Notes: generated from the sequence alone by a model not told the origin. A stretch of DNA of 55,842 nt from Gemmatales bacterium (GCA_038247765.1 JBBRUN010000001.1:1-55842), one strand, 5' to 3'. Numbered from the stretch's first letter, positions 30,947 to 40,855 are shown. Numbers and translations: made by a program.

Positions 30947-33900
30947 ATGGCACGCACGACGCCCGACGCCCGGAATGCGAACCTCGACGCGCGGATTTCG
31001 AATCCGCTCATCCGGCTGCGCGGCATCATCCGCGTCTTCGTGACGCTCGACGTCGCCCTGTTCATCGCCCTGTTCTCGGTGCTCTGGTTCGTCGGCTGGA
31101 TCGCCTTCGACTACGGCATCTTCAAAGCCACCGGAATCGACTACGCGCTGCACTCGCACTGGGGCCTGCGCGCCGCCCTCATCGCCGTCGTGGTCGCCAT
31201 CCTCGCGGCTTACATCGCCGTGCGGCTCACCCGCTTGGTGAACAAGGATCTCTCTTACACCTCGCTGGCGCTCGTGCTCGAAAAGCGCCACCCCGAACTG
31301 CTGCGGGATCGCCTCATCACCGCCATCGAACTCTCCGACCTCGACAAAGCCGAGAGCCAAGGATACTCGCGCGAGATGGTCCAGAACACCATCGACGAAG
31401 CCCACGAGCGCGTCGGCCGCGTCAACGTGATGGGCGTCTTCCGCTGGAAGCGGCTCTGGTCGAAGGTCATTCTCGCCAGCCTCGTGCTGCTGCTCGGCAC
31501 CGGCGCCGGCTTCGGCATCCACGCCATCGGCACCAAGCAGTTCGAACCGAACCGCGCCGGCCACAAGATCGCCGACGTCTGCGGCATTTGGGCCGAGCGA
31601 AACCTACTGATGAAGAACACCCCGTGGCCGCGCCGCTCGCACATCGAGCTCGTCGGCTTCCCGGAATCGGGCGAACTCCGCCAAGGCAAAGACGCCGGGG
31701 CACCGAAAATCCGCGCCCGCGCCTACAAGTGGGTCATCGCCGACGCAGGCCGCGCCGAAGGCTGGCGCCCACTGAAAGTCTCCGACCTCGGCCGCGGCGA
31801 GTTCGGCATCGCGCCGATGAACCTCTCGGAAGTTCCGCTCGTCGATGCCTACGGCAAAATGACGCGAGTCGATCTGTCGGATGCGACCCTCGACGACGTC
31901 GAAGGGACGCTCACGGTCGAGAACGAATTGGTGAAGCCGGCCTTCGAGAAACTCGACGCGCTCGCCGACGACCCGTGGCAGAGCCGGACGCTGCGGAAGC
32001 TCGTGCTGCCGAAGGAAATGATCCTCACCTTCACCGGCTCGAAGACGGCCGGGATTTCCAACCTGACCCGGGAGCCCAACGGCGAATACACCGGCGAGGT
32101 CAACGGCATCAAAGAGAACCGCGTGTCGTTCGTCGTCCGCGGGGAAGACTACCGCACGCTGCCGCGTTACATCGAACTGATTCCGCCGCCGATGCTGATC
32201 GACCTCCGCCGCAACGAATACCAACCGGCGTACCTCTACCACCCCGCCCCGCGGGACGACAAAGGCATCGAGCTGTCGCACGGCGTCCTGCGCGGCCGCA
32301 AGCAACTCTTCGCCGACCAGAAAATCAGCCTGACGAGCGAGAAGTCGGTCTTCCCCGTGCCGACGGGCACCGACGTGGAAATCTTGGCCACGGCCGACAA
32401 GCCGCTGCGGAAGGTAACGCTGTCGCCCAAAGCCGACGGGAAGAAACTCTGGGAGCGCACCTCGCCAGGCGGCGGTTTCGAGCCGGTGCTCGCGCCGGTC
32501 CGCCAAGACGGCGGTAAGCGCGAAGTCCTCGGCTGGGAGAAATCCGCCGAGGCCGGCTTCGAGAGCTTCTCCTTCCAATTCCGCGGCGACGACGCCGTCC
32601 GCGAAGTCGTGGAGTTCGACTACACACTCACCGACCTCGACGGCGTCACCGCGAAGCGGGCCATCACCATCCAAGTGAACGAGGATCAACCTCCACTGGT
32701 GGAAGTGGCTGTGGACGTCCTCCGCAAAGTCGGCAACGCGTACATGTGCACGCCCATCGCGATGATCCCGTTCCTCAACGAGAGCCGCATCAGCGACGAT
32801 ACCGGGCTCAGCAAAGTCGAATACGATTTCAGCTACACCAAAGTCGAATCGTCGATCGTGTCCACGGTGCAGGGCCAACTCGCCGCCGGCTTGGTCAGCG
32901 CCTTCGGCGGGCCCGTCCGCAACTTCGGGATCCTCGGGACAGTCGGCGGGAACCGCATCGTCTACGATCAACTCGGCACCAAGGCCGAACAGAAGCAATA
33001 CGGGGCGGCGCCGGTGAGTCGGTTCCTCGACGAGCAGAATCGCCTGTCGCGCGACACCGCTACGAAACTCGACCTCATGCTCGCCACGACGCGGGACCGC
33101 AGCCTGCCCGCAGGGGTCGTCAAGCAGATCAAGTTCCCCGATCCCGCCTTCGACTACTTCGACCTGCGCGACACGATCAAGTCGCTGCTGGTGCCGGACA
33201 CCGAAATCCAACCGCGCTACAAGATCGAACTCAACATCACCGCGACGGACGTCAACACGGAACTGTCCGACAAGTTCGGCAAACCGCTCGTCGGGGCGGA
33301 CGGCAAGCCGGTGATCGGCAAGAAGTCGTCGAACGTCGAGCCGATCCGCCTGCTGGTGGTCTCGGAAGCGGATCTGCTGGCCGAGATCACGAAAGACGAG
33401 GAAAACCAGACCGTAAAGCTCGACGAAATCGTGAAGCGCATCGTCGATGCGGAAGCGAAACTGAGCCAAGAACTGGGCCTGCTGTCGTCGCCGAGCGCGA
33501 ACCAAATCAGCAGCTCGGCCGTCCGCGCCTTGGACATCCTCCAGGACGTGAACAAATCGAAGGAGCAACTGGCCTCGGTGCTCGTCGAGTATGAGCGCCT
33601 CTACCGCGAAATTGAAACGAACCGCTGCACTCCGAAACAGCTCGATAAGTATCGCAAGGACGACGGCACGGGCATCATTCAAGAAACCCGGCGCATCTTG
33701 GATGGTACCAATCCGCAGGGCTCGTTCCCGCAAGCGGAACAGGCTCTCGGCACCTTCCAAGGTACCCTCAACAACAAGCAAGTTCCGCCGCAGCCGGAGA
33801 TCGACGCGGCCCGCGTGCAGATCGCCAATTTGAAGAACGTCCTGATCAAGCTCCGTAACATTTCCGGCAGCATCGGGGATATTTCGAAGGCCCGCGACGA

Positions 33901-34267
33901 TCTCAACAAATTGATCGGTTTGCAAAAGCTCATCGCTTTGAATTTGGCGGACTTGCTCGCTGACGAACTCAAACGGATTCAGTCGCCGCTCATCGCGTCG
34001 AACAAGCCGATAGAAATGAAAGTCGGGCAAAAGGTCACCGTGAAGCACGCCATCGATTGGAAGCTCTACGCCCAAGGGCAATTGCTGGTGACGATCGAAA
34101 CCCCGGCCGATTCGGAGTTGAAGGTTCCCAAAGATATCGTGGTGAAGGACGATAAGAACGAGTTCACCTACGATGTCACGGCCGGGATGAAGCCGGGGAG
34201 CTACACCTTGAAAATCAAGCCATTCGTCGGCAACGCGGTCGATCAGCAGATCACCGTCACGAAGTAG
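30947..34267 (+). CDS. Large membrane-anchored protein (two N-terminal TM segments, long extracytoplasmic region), function unknown
   Basis: 1106-aa open frame. TM segments FVTLDVALFIALFSVLWFVGWIAF and LRAALIAVVVAILAAYIAVRL. The position after the vWA proteins parallels the long membrane proteins found in planctomycetal MoxR clusters (from memory). Confidence 0.75.
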   Translation: MARTTPDARNANLDARISNPLIRLRGIIRVFVTLDVALFIALFSVLWFVGWIAFDYGIFKATGIDYALHSHWGLRAALIAVVVAILAAYIAVRLTRLVNKDLSYTSLALVLEKRHPELLRDRLITAIELSDLDKAESQGYSREMVQNTIDEAHERVGRVNVMGVFRWKRLWSKVILASLVLLLGTGAGFGIHAIGTKQFEPNRAGHKIADVCGIWAERNLLMKNTPWPRRSHIELVGFPESGELRQGKDAGAPKIRARAYKWVIADAGRAEGWRPLKVSDLGRGEFGIAPMNLSEVPLVDAYGKMTRVDLSDATLDDVEGTLTVENELVKPAFEKLDALADDPWQSRTLRKLVLPKEMILTFTGSKTAGISNLTREPNGEYTGEVNGIKENRVSFVVRGEDYRTLPRYIELIPPPMLIDLRRNEYQPAYLYHPAPRDDKGIELSHGVLRGRKQLFADQKISLTSEKSVFPVPTGTDVEILATADKPLRKVTLSPKADGKKLWERTSPGGGFEPVLAPVRQDGGKREVLGWEKSAEAGFESFSFQFRGDDAVREVVEFDYTLTDLDGVTAKRAITIQVNEDQPPLVEVAVDVLRKVGNAYMCTPIAMIPFLNESRISDDTGLSKVEYDFSYTKVESSIVSTVQGQLAAGLVSAFGGPVRNFGILGTVGGNRIVYDQLGTKAEQKQYGAAPVSRFLDEQNRLSRDTATKLDLMLATTRDRSLPAGVVKQIKFPDPAFDYFDLRDTIKSLLVPDTEIQPRYKIELNITATDVNTELSDKFGKPLVGADGKPVIGKKSSNVEPIRLLVVSEADLLAEITKDEENQTVKLDEIVKRIVDAEAKLSQELGLLSSPSANQISSSAVRALDILQDVNKSKEQLASVLVEYERLYREIETNRCTPKQLDKYRKDDGTGIIQETRRILDGTNPQGSFPQAEQALGTFQGTLNNKQVPPQPEIDAARVQIANLKNVLIKLRNISGSIGDISKARDDLNKLIGLQKLIALNLADLLADELKRIQSPLIASNKPIEMKVGQKVTVKHAIDWKLYAQGQLLVTIETPADSELKVPKDIVVKDDKNEFTYDVTAGMKPGSYTLKIKPFVGNAVDQQITVTK

Positions 34268-34399
34268 CCGGGTCAGATTTTGCCCGGTGGGGGGCAAAAT
34301 TGTGGCCGCTTCGGTGAGAAACGACCGGATGTCTCGTCTGAATTGCAGGCGAGACTCGCCAAAATGTCCAGTTCGACCCAATTCCGAGGGAGACTTCCG

Positions 34400-36379
34400 A
34401 TGAAGTTGCGATTCTTCCGATTCCGAGTGCTGAAGGGCATCGCCGCCGCGGTGTTACCGGCGACGGCAACGCTCCTTTTGCTCACGTCCACGCTGATGGC
34501 GCAAAACCCGGCTAAGCCGGCGGTTCCGGCGACCCCCGTACCGACGGTCCCGGTGGCTCCCGCCCCGACCGACAAAGAACTCAAAGACAAGCAAGAAGCC
34601 ACCGCGAAGAAGTTCGTCGAATTCAAAGAGAGCCTGTTCCGCCTCGCCAAGCGGCTCGAGAAGAGCGAGCGGGCCGAAGATAAAGAAACCGCCAAGACGA
34701 TCCAACGGGCCATCGAAGTCGCGTTGAAGGAAAACGTCGACGGCCAATTCCAAAAGCTGATCGTCGGGCTGTCGAAGAACGGCAAGACCATCACCGACCT
34801 GGGCGCCATCACCAACGACGAGAAGCAACTCGGCAAGATGCTCCAAGACATCTTGACGATCTTGAACACCGACGACGAATCGGCCCGGATCAAGGCCGAG
34901 ATCGCCAAACTGACGGCGATCCTCAAAGAAGCCAAGATCATCAAGCAGAAAGAAGAAAGCCTGCAAAGCCGGACCGAGAGCAGGAGCGGCGACAAGGATC
35001 GCTTGGCCAAAGAGCAAGAAGAGCTGAAGAAGCAGACCGAAGATCTCGCGGCGAAGGCCAACGGTAAAGATCCGGCCAAGCCCGGCGACAAACCGGCCGA
35101 TCCGAAAGCCGACGCCAAGGCCGATCCGAAAGCGGGCGAGTCGGGCGCCGATGAGAAGAAAGACACCGGCGCCGAGAAGGGCGAAGCCAAGGGCGGGGAG
35201 CCGAAAGAAGGCGAACCGAAAGCGGGCGAAGGCGCCGGCGAACCGAAAGACGGCGGCAAGGGCGATCCGAAGGATGCCGGGATGCCGAAGGCCGGCGAAG
35301 GCATGTCGAAAGAAGGCGATGCCGGCATGCCGAAGGACGCCAAGCCCGGCGAAGCCAAGCCGAGCGACGGCAAGGGCATGGGCGAAGGTAAAGGCGAAGG
35401 CAAGCCTAGCGAAGGCAAGCCGGGCGCCGGTGAAGGCAAAGGCCAAGGCAAGCCCGGTATGGGCGAAGGCAAGCCCGGCGAAGGTAAACCGGGTCAGCCC
35501 GGCCAACCGGGTCAACCCGGTCAACCCGGTCAACCGGGACAGCCCGGCCCGAAGCCGACCCCCGGTGCCAAGGAAATTCAGCAAGCCGTGCCGCCGCAAG
35601 AGCAAGCCAAGCAAGACCTCGAGAAAGATAAACGGCCCGACGCCGGCAAGAGCCAAGACAAAGCCATCGAGCAACTGGCCAAGGCCATCGAAGAGCTCGA
35701 AAAGCGTTTGAAGCAGCTCCGCGAAGAGGAAATGAAGAAGCTCCTCGCCAACATCGAAGCCCGCTGCAACAAGATGCTGCTGATGCAGATCGACGTGTAC
35801 GAAGCGACGAAGTCGATCGACAAGGGCATCATCGCCAAGAACGGGGTCAAGGAAACCGCCGACCAGCAGAAGGCCCAAACGCAAGGGGACAAGGAAGGCG
35901 AAATCGTCGCCGAAGCGGATCGGGCTTTGAAACTGCTCGAGAGCGAAGGCTCGGCCGTGGCGTTCTCCACGGTGCTCGAAGAAGTCCGCCAAGACATGAT
36001 CGCCGTCCAGCGCCGCTTGGCCCAGACCTACGTCGACAAGGGCACCCAAGCGATCGAAGAAGACATCATCGCCATGCTCAAAGACATGATCGAAGCCCTC
36101 AAGAAGGCCCAAGCCGAGCTCAGCAAGGATCCACCGAAAGACGGCCCGCCGAAAGATGGCAAGCCGGCCGACAAGAAATTGATCGACCTGCTCGCCGAGT
36201 TGAAGTTGATCCGCACGCTGCAAATGTCGATCAACACCCGCACCGCGGCCAACGGCGGCAAAGAGAAGATCGAGCAGTCGAAAGATCCGATCATCCAAGG
36301 CGAACTGAAGCAGCTTTCGGCCCGCCAAGTGAAGCTGCAAGAAATGATTGACAAAATCGCCAGCGGCAGCAATCAGTAA
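34400..36379 (+). CDS. Secreted coiled-coil protein with K/E/G/P/A low-complexity core
   Basis: Start at ATG 34400 (MKLRFFRFRVLKGIAAAVLPATATLLLLTSTLMA, signal-like) within track ORF 34280..36379. About 170 aa of KPGDKPADPKADAKADPKAGE...GKPGEGKPGQPGQPGQPGQPGQPGQPG, flanked by heptad-like helical regions. Confidence 0.7.
   Translation: MKLRFFRFRVLKGIAAAVLPATATLLLLTSTLMAQNPAKPAVPATPVPTVPVAPAPTDKELKDKQEATAKKFVEFKESLFRLAKRLEKSERAEDKETAKTIQRAIEVALKENVDGQFQKLIVGLSKNGKTITDLGAITNDEKQLGKMLQDILTILNTDDESARIKAEIAKLTAILKEAKIIKQKEESLQSRTESRSGDKDRLAKEQEELKKQTEDLAAKANGKDPAKPGDKPADPKADAKADPKAGESGADEKKDTGAEKGEAKGGEPKEGEPKAGEGAGEPKDGGKGDPKDAGMPKAGEGMSKEGDAGMPKDAKPGEAKPSDGKGMGEGKGEGKPSEGKPGAGEGKGQGKPGMGEGKPGEGKPGQPGQPGQPGQPGQPGQPGPKPTPGAKEIQQAVPPQEQAKQDLEKDKRPDAGKSQDKAIEQLAKAIEELEKRLKQLREEEMKKLLANIEARCNKMLLMQIDVYEATKSIDKGIIAKNGVKETADQQKAQTQGDKEGEIVAEADRALKLLESEGSAVAFSTVLEEVRQDMIAVQRRLAQTYVDKGTQAIEEDIIAMLKDMIEALKKAQAELSKDPPKDGPPKDGKPADKKLIDLLAELKLIRTLQMSINTRTAANGGKEKIEQSKDPIIQGELKQLSARQVKLQEMIDKIASGSNQ
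35492..35545 (+). repeat. (GQP)6 coding microsatellite-like repeat
   Basis: ggtcagccc ggccaaccg ggtcaaccc ggtcaaccc ggtcaaccg ggacagccc, read in frame. Confidence 0.9.
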
Positions 36380-36493
36380 TTCCTAGCACCGACCCCGCCG
36401 CGTGGGGTAAGATGAAATAATCTCCGCCTGGGCAGCGCGTTCGATTGCCCCGGCCCTGTTCTGATTCTCAACCATCCTTGTCAGGAGTATTCG

Positions 36494-37582
36494 ATGACCC
36501 TGCGTAAATGGCTCTTCAGCGCGGCCGTGGGCGCTTCCGCCATTTTCGGTGCGACCTCCGTCGCCGCCGAAAAAGAAGCGAAGCCCCTCGCCCCGTCGGC
36601 TCTGACCTTCGGTACCCTCCGCGCCATGCCGGTGGAAACCGCCAAAGCCAAGGTCGAAACGTACCTCAAGGCCGCCGGCAAACTCGACCAAGCCAAAGTC
36701 GACGCGATCTTCGCCCAAGGCGATAAGACCGTGCTCGACCGCACGATCGAGTCGATCGCCCTCGCCAACCCGGACGCCAAAACGGCCATCGACCAAGCCC
36801 GCGATGCCGCCGCCACCCCGTCGATCGAAGTCCCGGCCGCGATCAAGAACGAAAAAGACGCCTTCGCCAAAACGAACCTCGCCGCGGCCTTCGCCAAGGG
36901 TCTCGCCGGCAAGCGCGTGTACGAAGAAGCCCTGCTCGCCGCCAAAGACGTCGTTTCCGATAACCTCGTCGATCCGTCGGCCTTCTTCTTCTTCAAAGCC
37001 GTCGCCGAACACGCCCTCACGAAGCGCGACGACGCCGTGCTGTCGGTCATCAAGTTGCTCGACGACGTCACCGACGCCCCGGATCGCTACAAGATGGTCG
37101 CCACCCTGATGTTCTTCGACATCCAAAACTGGTCGAAGGATCCGAAGGATCTGTCGAACATCGGCAAGCTCATGGACAACAGCGGTCGCCGGCTCGATCT
37201 GACCCGCGGCGGCGCCACGACCCAAGACATCCAGAAGAAGATCGTCTTCCGCCTCGACGAGAAGATCAAGGAACTCGAAAACAAAGCCAAGGGTGGGAAG
37301 AGCAATGGCGGCAGCTGCCCCGATGGCGGCGCCCCCGGCCCAGCCAGCGGCGATCAGCCGAGTAGCCCGGCCGGCAGCAGCACCCTGCCGCAAACCGGCG
37401 TCAAGGATGGCAAAGTCAACGACGTAGTCCTCCGCAAGCTGGCCGAAACTTGGGGCAAGCTGCCTCCATCGGAACGCCAGAAGGCCGTCCAAGAACTGAC
37501 CCGCGATCTCCCGGCCAAGCACAAGCCGATGATCGAAGAGTACTTCAAGTCGCTCAACCGCATGAACGGCTTCGACAAGTAA
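36494..37582 (+). CDS. Secreted hypothetical protein
   Basis: AGGAG 8 nt upstream of the ATG. Signal peptide MTLRKWLFSAAVGASAIFGATSVAA. No motif recognised. Confidence 0.65.
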   Translation: MTLRKWLFSAAVGASAIFGATSVAAEKEAKPLAPSALTFGTLRAMPVETAKAKVETYLKAAGKLDQAKVDAIFAQGDKTVLDRTIESIALANPDAKTAIDQARDAAATPSIEVPAAIKNEKDAFAKTNLAAAFAKGLAGKRVYEEALLAAKDVVSDNLVDPSAFFFFKAVAEHALTKRDDAVLSVIKLLDDVTDAPDRYKMVATLMFFDIQNWSKDPKDLSNIGKLMDNSGRRLDLTRGGATTQDIQKKIVFRLDEKIKELENKAKGGKSNGGSCPDGGAPGPASGDQPSSPAGSSTLPQTGVKDGKVNDVVLRKLAETWGKLPPSERQKAVQELTRDLPAKHKPMIEEYFKSLNRMNGFDK

Positions 37583-37600
37583 CCGCAACCGGTTCGCACG

Positions 37601-37640
37601 CGCGGCGGTCGTTGTTCACCAGCGACCGCCGCGTTTTTGT
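37601..37640 (+). terminator. Rho-independent terminator
   Basis: cgcggcggtcg (37601-37611) pairs with cgaccgccgcg (37623-37633), followed by tttttgtt. Confidence 0.65.
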
Positions 37641-37664
37641 TGGCTCTCCCGGCCGCACCCCAGG

Positions 37665-38915
37665 ATGCTCACCGTGCTCACAATGGTTCGCCCGGCCCTC
37701 GGCCTGCTCTTCGCCTGTTTCGCCGTACCGGCATTGTCGGCCGCGGACATCGTGCCCCTCGCCGGCAAGCCGCTCAAAGGCACCATCGTCGGTGTCGATC
37801 CGCTCTTCGTCACCTTCAAAGACGAAGCCAACGCCGAACAGAAAATCTCCGTCAAAGAGATGTCGTCCGTCGAACTCGGCGCCAAAGCGCCGGCGCTCAC
37901 CGACGTCCCCCACGACGAAATCGAACTCACCGACGGCAGTCTGCTGCGCACCGCGCCGGGCGCCGCCAAGTTCAAACGGAAAACCATCGAGCCGGGTTCG
38001 CTCCCCGGCCCCACCGGCGCCGTCGCCCCCACTATCGCCATACCGTCGGACGTCATTTTCGTTCTGCTGCGCGACGCCCACAAACCGGCCAACCGCGCCG
38101 AGTGGAAGAAGCTGATGGGCACCCGCGGCAAGCGCGATCTGTTCGTGATCCGCGAGAAAATCAACACGGGCGAAGTGCTGAATCAACTCGAAGGCACCGT
38201 GATCACGGGGAACGCCGAGGGGGACCGCATCGAGTTCGAAAAGACCTCCGGCGAGAAGTCGGACTTCGCCCTCTCCCGCGCCACGGGCGGGATCGTCTTC
38301 AACCAACCTCCCCGCGCCACGATCCCGCCGACCGTCTGCAAAGTCATCGACGCCTTCGGTAACGTCATCATCGCCGCATCGGTCGAATTCTCCGGCTCCG
38401 GCTTGAAAGTGAAATCGGTCAGTGGGGCGACGGTCGAATACACGTCGCTCGCGTCGGTGACCAAGCTCGACTTCAGCCAAGGGAACTTGGCCTACCTCTC
38501 CGAACTCGACCCGGAAGTCGAAGCCCCGAAGCCGGGCGAAAACGAACCGTACTTCACGTTCTCCAAGAACAAAACCGGCGTCGGCTTGCCGCTGCGGCTC
38601 GACGGCAAGACCTACACCAAAGGCCTCTGGATCAACCCCGAAACGACGCTGAAGTTTAAACTCGGCGCCGAGTACAAAACCTTCCACGTCGTCATCGGCA
38701 TCGACGAGACCGTGCAGATCGCCGACAGCGTCGTGCGGCTGAAGATCGAAGGCGACGGCCGCATCCTGTTCGACGAAGACGTGAAGCGCACGGCCAAGGC
38801 GCTCGACAAACTGTTCGACGTGAAAGAAGTCAAAGAACTGAAGATCAGCGTGGAGCGGCAGTCGCTCTACACTGGCAGCCACCTGAACCTCGGCGACGCC
38901 CGCCTCCAGAAATAA
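37665..38915 (+). CDS. Secreted protein with C-terminal NPCBM/NEW2-like beta-sandwich domain
   Basis: Signal peptide MLTVLTMVRPALGLLFACFAVPALSA. The C-terminal KTYTKGLWINPETTLKFKLGAEYKTFHVVIGIDETV...VRLKIEGDGRILFD...ELKISVE...HLNLGDARL resembles the NPCBM-type module from memory. Confidence 0.65.
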   Translation: MLTVLTMVRPALGLLFACFAVPALSAADIVPLAGKPLKGTIVGVDPLFVTFKDEANAEQKISVKEMSSVELGAKAPALTDVPHDEIELTDGSLLRTAPGAAKFKRKTIEPGSLPGPTGAVAPTIAIPSDVIFVLLRDAHKPANRAEWKKLMGTRGKRDLFVIREKINTGEVLNQLEGTVITGNAEGDRIEFEKTSGEKSDFALSRATGGIVFNQPPRATIPPTVCKVIDAFGNVIIAASVEFSGSGLKVKSVSGATVEYTSLASVTKLDFSQGNLAYLSELDPEVEAPKPGENEPYFTFSKNKTGVGLPLRLDGKTYTKGLWINPETTLKFKLGAEYKTFHVVIGIDETVQIADSVVRLKIEGDGRILFDEDVKRTAKALDKLFDVKEVKELKISVERQSLYTGSHLNLGDARLQK

Positions 38916-38934
38916 CCCCGAGAGCACCACGACG

Positions 38935-40806
38935 ATGACCCCACGATTTCTGAGCCGGCCGGGCGTCTGGTTCGCCGCCGTCTCCATGGCTTTGGCGCTC
39001 ACAGTCGGCCTCGTGGCCGTTGAACCGGCTACCGTCCAAGCCCAAGGCCCCGGCTTGGTGAAGGTCGCCGAGGCCGAGCGCATCGCGACCATCGACAAGG
39101 TCAAACCGGCCGTCGCGGCCGTCTGCTTCTACAACGGCAAAGTCTGCGGCTCGGGCGTCGTCATCAGCGACGACGGTTATTGCCTGACGAACTTCCACGT
39201 CGTCCAGCCGACCGGGGCGATCCTCGCCTGCGGCCTGGCCGACGGCAAACTGTACGACAGCGTGCTGGTCGGGCAAGACAAAGTCGGCGACGTGGCCCTC
39301 GTGAAACTGCTGCCGAAGAAGCCCGGCGACAAATTCCCGTTCGTGAAACTCGGCGATAGCGACATCTGCCGCGCCGGGGAATGGTCGCTCGCCATGGGCA
39401 ACCCCTTCGGCTTGGCCATGGACTTCAACCCGACCGTCACCTTCGGCCTTATCTCGGGCGTCAACCGCTACCAACCGCCCGAAGGCAAAGGCACGCTCGA
39501 ATACACCGACTGCATCCAGATCGACACCTCGATCAACCCGGGGAACTCCGGCGGACCGCTCTTCAATATGAAGGGCGAACTCATCGGCATCAACGGCCGG
39601 GGCTCGTTCGACAAACGCGGCCGGGTGAACTCGGGCGTCGGGTACGCCATCAGCATCAACCAGATCAAGAACTTTTTGGGCCACTTGAAAGCCGGCATCG
39701 ACACCGACCACGCCACGCTCGGGGCGAGCTTCAGCACCGACGCCGAAGAAGGCGACCTCAGCAAGATTTTCGTCGGCTCGGTGCTCGACGAATCGGACGC
39801 CTTCCGCCGCGGGCTGAAACCGCAAGATCAACTGATCGCCTTCGCCGGCCGATCGACGACCAGCGTGAACCAGTACAAGAACATCCTCGGGATCTTCCCG
39901 AAAGACTGGCGCGTGCCGCTGCGGTACCGCCGGGGCACGACCAGCAAAGAGATGCTCGTCCGCCTGATGGGGAACATCGATACCGTCAAGGAGCCGGAAC
40001 CGGGCGCCGTCCCGCCGATGCCGAACCCCGGCCAGCCGCGCCCGGTGCCGCAACCGCCGATGCCCGGCGTCGAGAAAGCCAAGCAATCCGAGGCCGCGAA
40101 GATGTACGTCGCCAAGAAGGGCTACGCCAACTTCTACTTCAACACGCTCCTCCAAGATCAAATCTTGGCCGAGATGAAAAAGAACTTCGGCGACTTCGGC
40201 AAACTCACCGGCGACTGGACGCTCGAAGGCAACGTGCAGCTCGCCGACCGCGGCGGGAACTTGAAGCTGACCTGGATCGACGATAAGACTGGCGTCACCG
40301 AAATGAAGATGGCCCGCGACGGGATCGAAGATTCCGTCAAGCCGCTCGGCGAGAAGCTCGGCCAAGCCGAGCTGTCGCTGCCCCAAGGCAGCGGCGGCTT
40401 GCTTGCCGCGCTCTGGCAGTACCGCTTGCTGATGACCCAACTCCGCGACGGGATGAACCCGAACGCCAACATCAACCCCGGCTTCGTCCACGCCGGCTCC
40501 GAGCCTTTCTACCCGCCCCCGGCCGACGGAAAAATGCCCGCGGACCTCAACGACCTCCGCGTCGATTGCGATGTTTTGAAGACGAAGAAAGGGCAGTTCG
40601 AGACCAAGTGGTACTTCCACCAGAAGGACCGCACGCTGCTCGGCTGCGAGGCGACCTATACCAAAGACGAAGACCCGTGCGAGCTGTTCTTCTACGACTG
40701 GAAAGCCGTTGGCGACGTGAAGTTGCCGCACAAGATCGTCTGCAAGTTCGCGGATAAAACCTTCGCCACGCTCACGGCGCGGACGTACACGCTGGTGAAG
40801 AAGTAA
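38935..40806 (+). CDS. HtrA/DegP-like trypsin-fold serine protease (S1C) with PDZ-like region, catalytic triad intact
   Basis: His in CLTNFHVV (cac 39196-39198), Asp in GDVALVKL, Ser in INPGNSGGPLF (tcc 39547-39549). N-terminal signal/anchor GVWFAAVSMALALTVGLVAV. Confidence 0.85.
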   Translation: MTPRFLSRPGVWFAAVSMALALTVGLVAVEPATVQAQGPGLVKVAEAERIATIDKVKPAVAAVCFYNGKVCGSGVVISDDGYCLTNFHVVQPTGAILACGLADGKLYDSVLVGQDKVGDVALVKLLPKKPGDKFPFVKLGDSDICRAGEWSLAMGNPFGLAMDFNPTVTFGLISGVNRYQPPEGKGTLEYTDCIQIDTSINPGNSGGPLFNMKGELIGINGRGSFDKRGRVNSGVGYAISINQIKNFLGHLKAGIDTDHATLGASFSTDAEEGDLSKIFVGSVLDESDAFRRGLKPQDQLIAFAGRSTTSVNQYKNILGIFPKDWRVPLRYRRGTTSKEMLVRLMGNIDTVKEPEPGAVPPMPNPGQPRPVPQPPMPGVEKAKQSEAAKMYVAKKGYANFYFNTLLQDQILAEMKKNFGDFGKLTGDWTLEGNVQLADRGGNLKLTWIDDKTGVTEMKMARDGIEDSVKPLGEKLGQAELSLPQGSGGLLAALWQYRLLMTQLRDGMNPNANINPGFVHAGSEPFYPPPADGKMPADLNDLRVDCDVLKTKKGQFETKWYFHQKDRTLLGCEATYTKDEDPCELFFYDWKAVGDVKLPHKIVCKFADKTFATLTARTYTLVKK

Positions 40807-40855
40807 CCTGAGCGTCGGCTTGAAAACTCCGAAGATTCACACAATTGGGCCTGCT

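Noticed and set aside
34277-34300. 9-bp hairpin attttgccc/gggcaaaat after the 30947..34267 stop, as a terminator
   Set aside because: The stem is short and AT-rich and is not followed by a T-run. I consider it too weak to annotate.
31604-34381. 925-aa antisense ORF opposite the 30947..34267 gene
   Set aside because: Same reasoning: its composition mirrors the sense codons, and it has no signal, TM or domain logic.
35492-35545. Collagen-like triple-helix domain
   Set aside because: There are only about 8-9 consecutive G-X-Y triplets embedded in a generic G/K/E/P low-complexity region. That is too short to call a collagen domain.
34273-36340. Minus-strand ORFs 34273..35472 and 34454..36340, and the + frame 35151..35711, over the low-complexity gene
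   Set aside because: Repetitive GC-rich codons keep all frames open. Only the 34400..36379 frame has a signal peptide and coiled-coil flanks.
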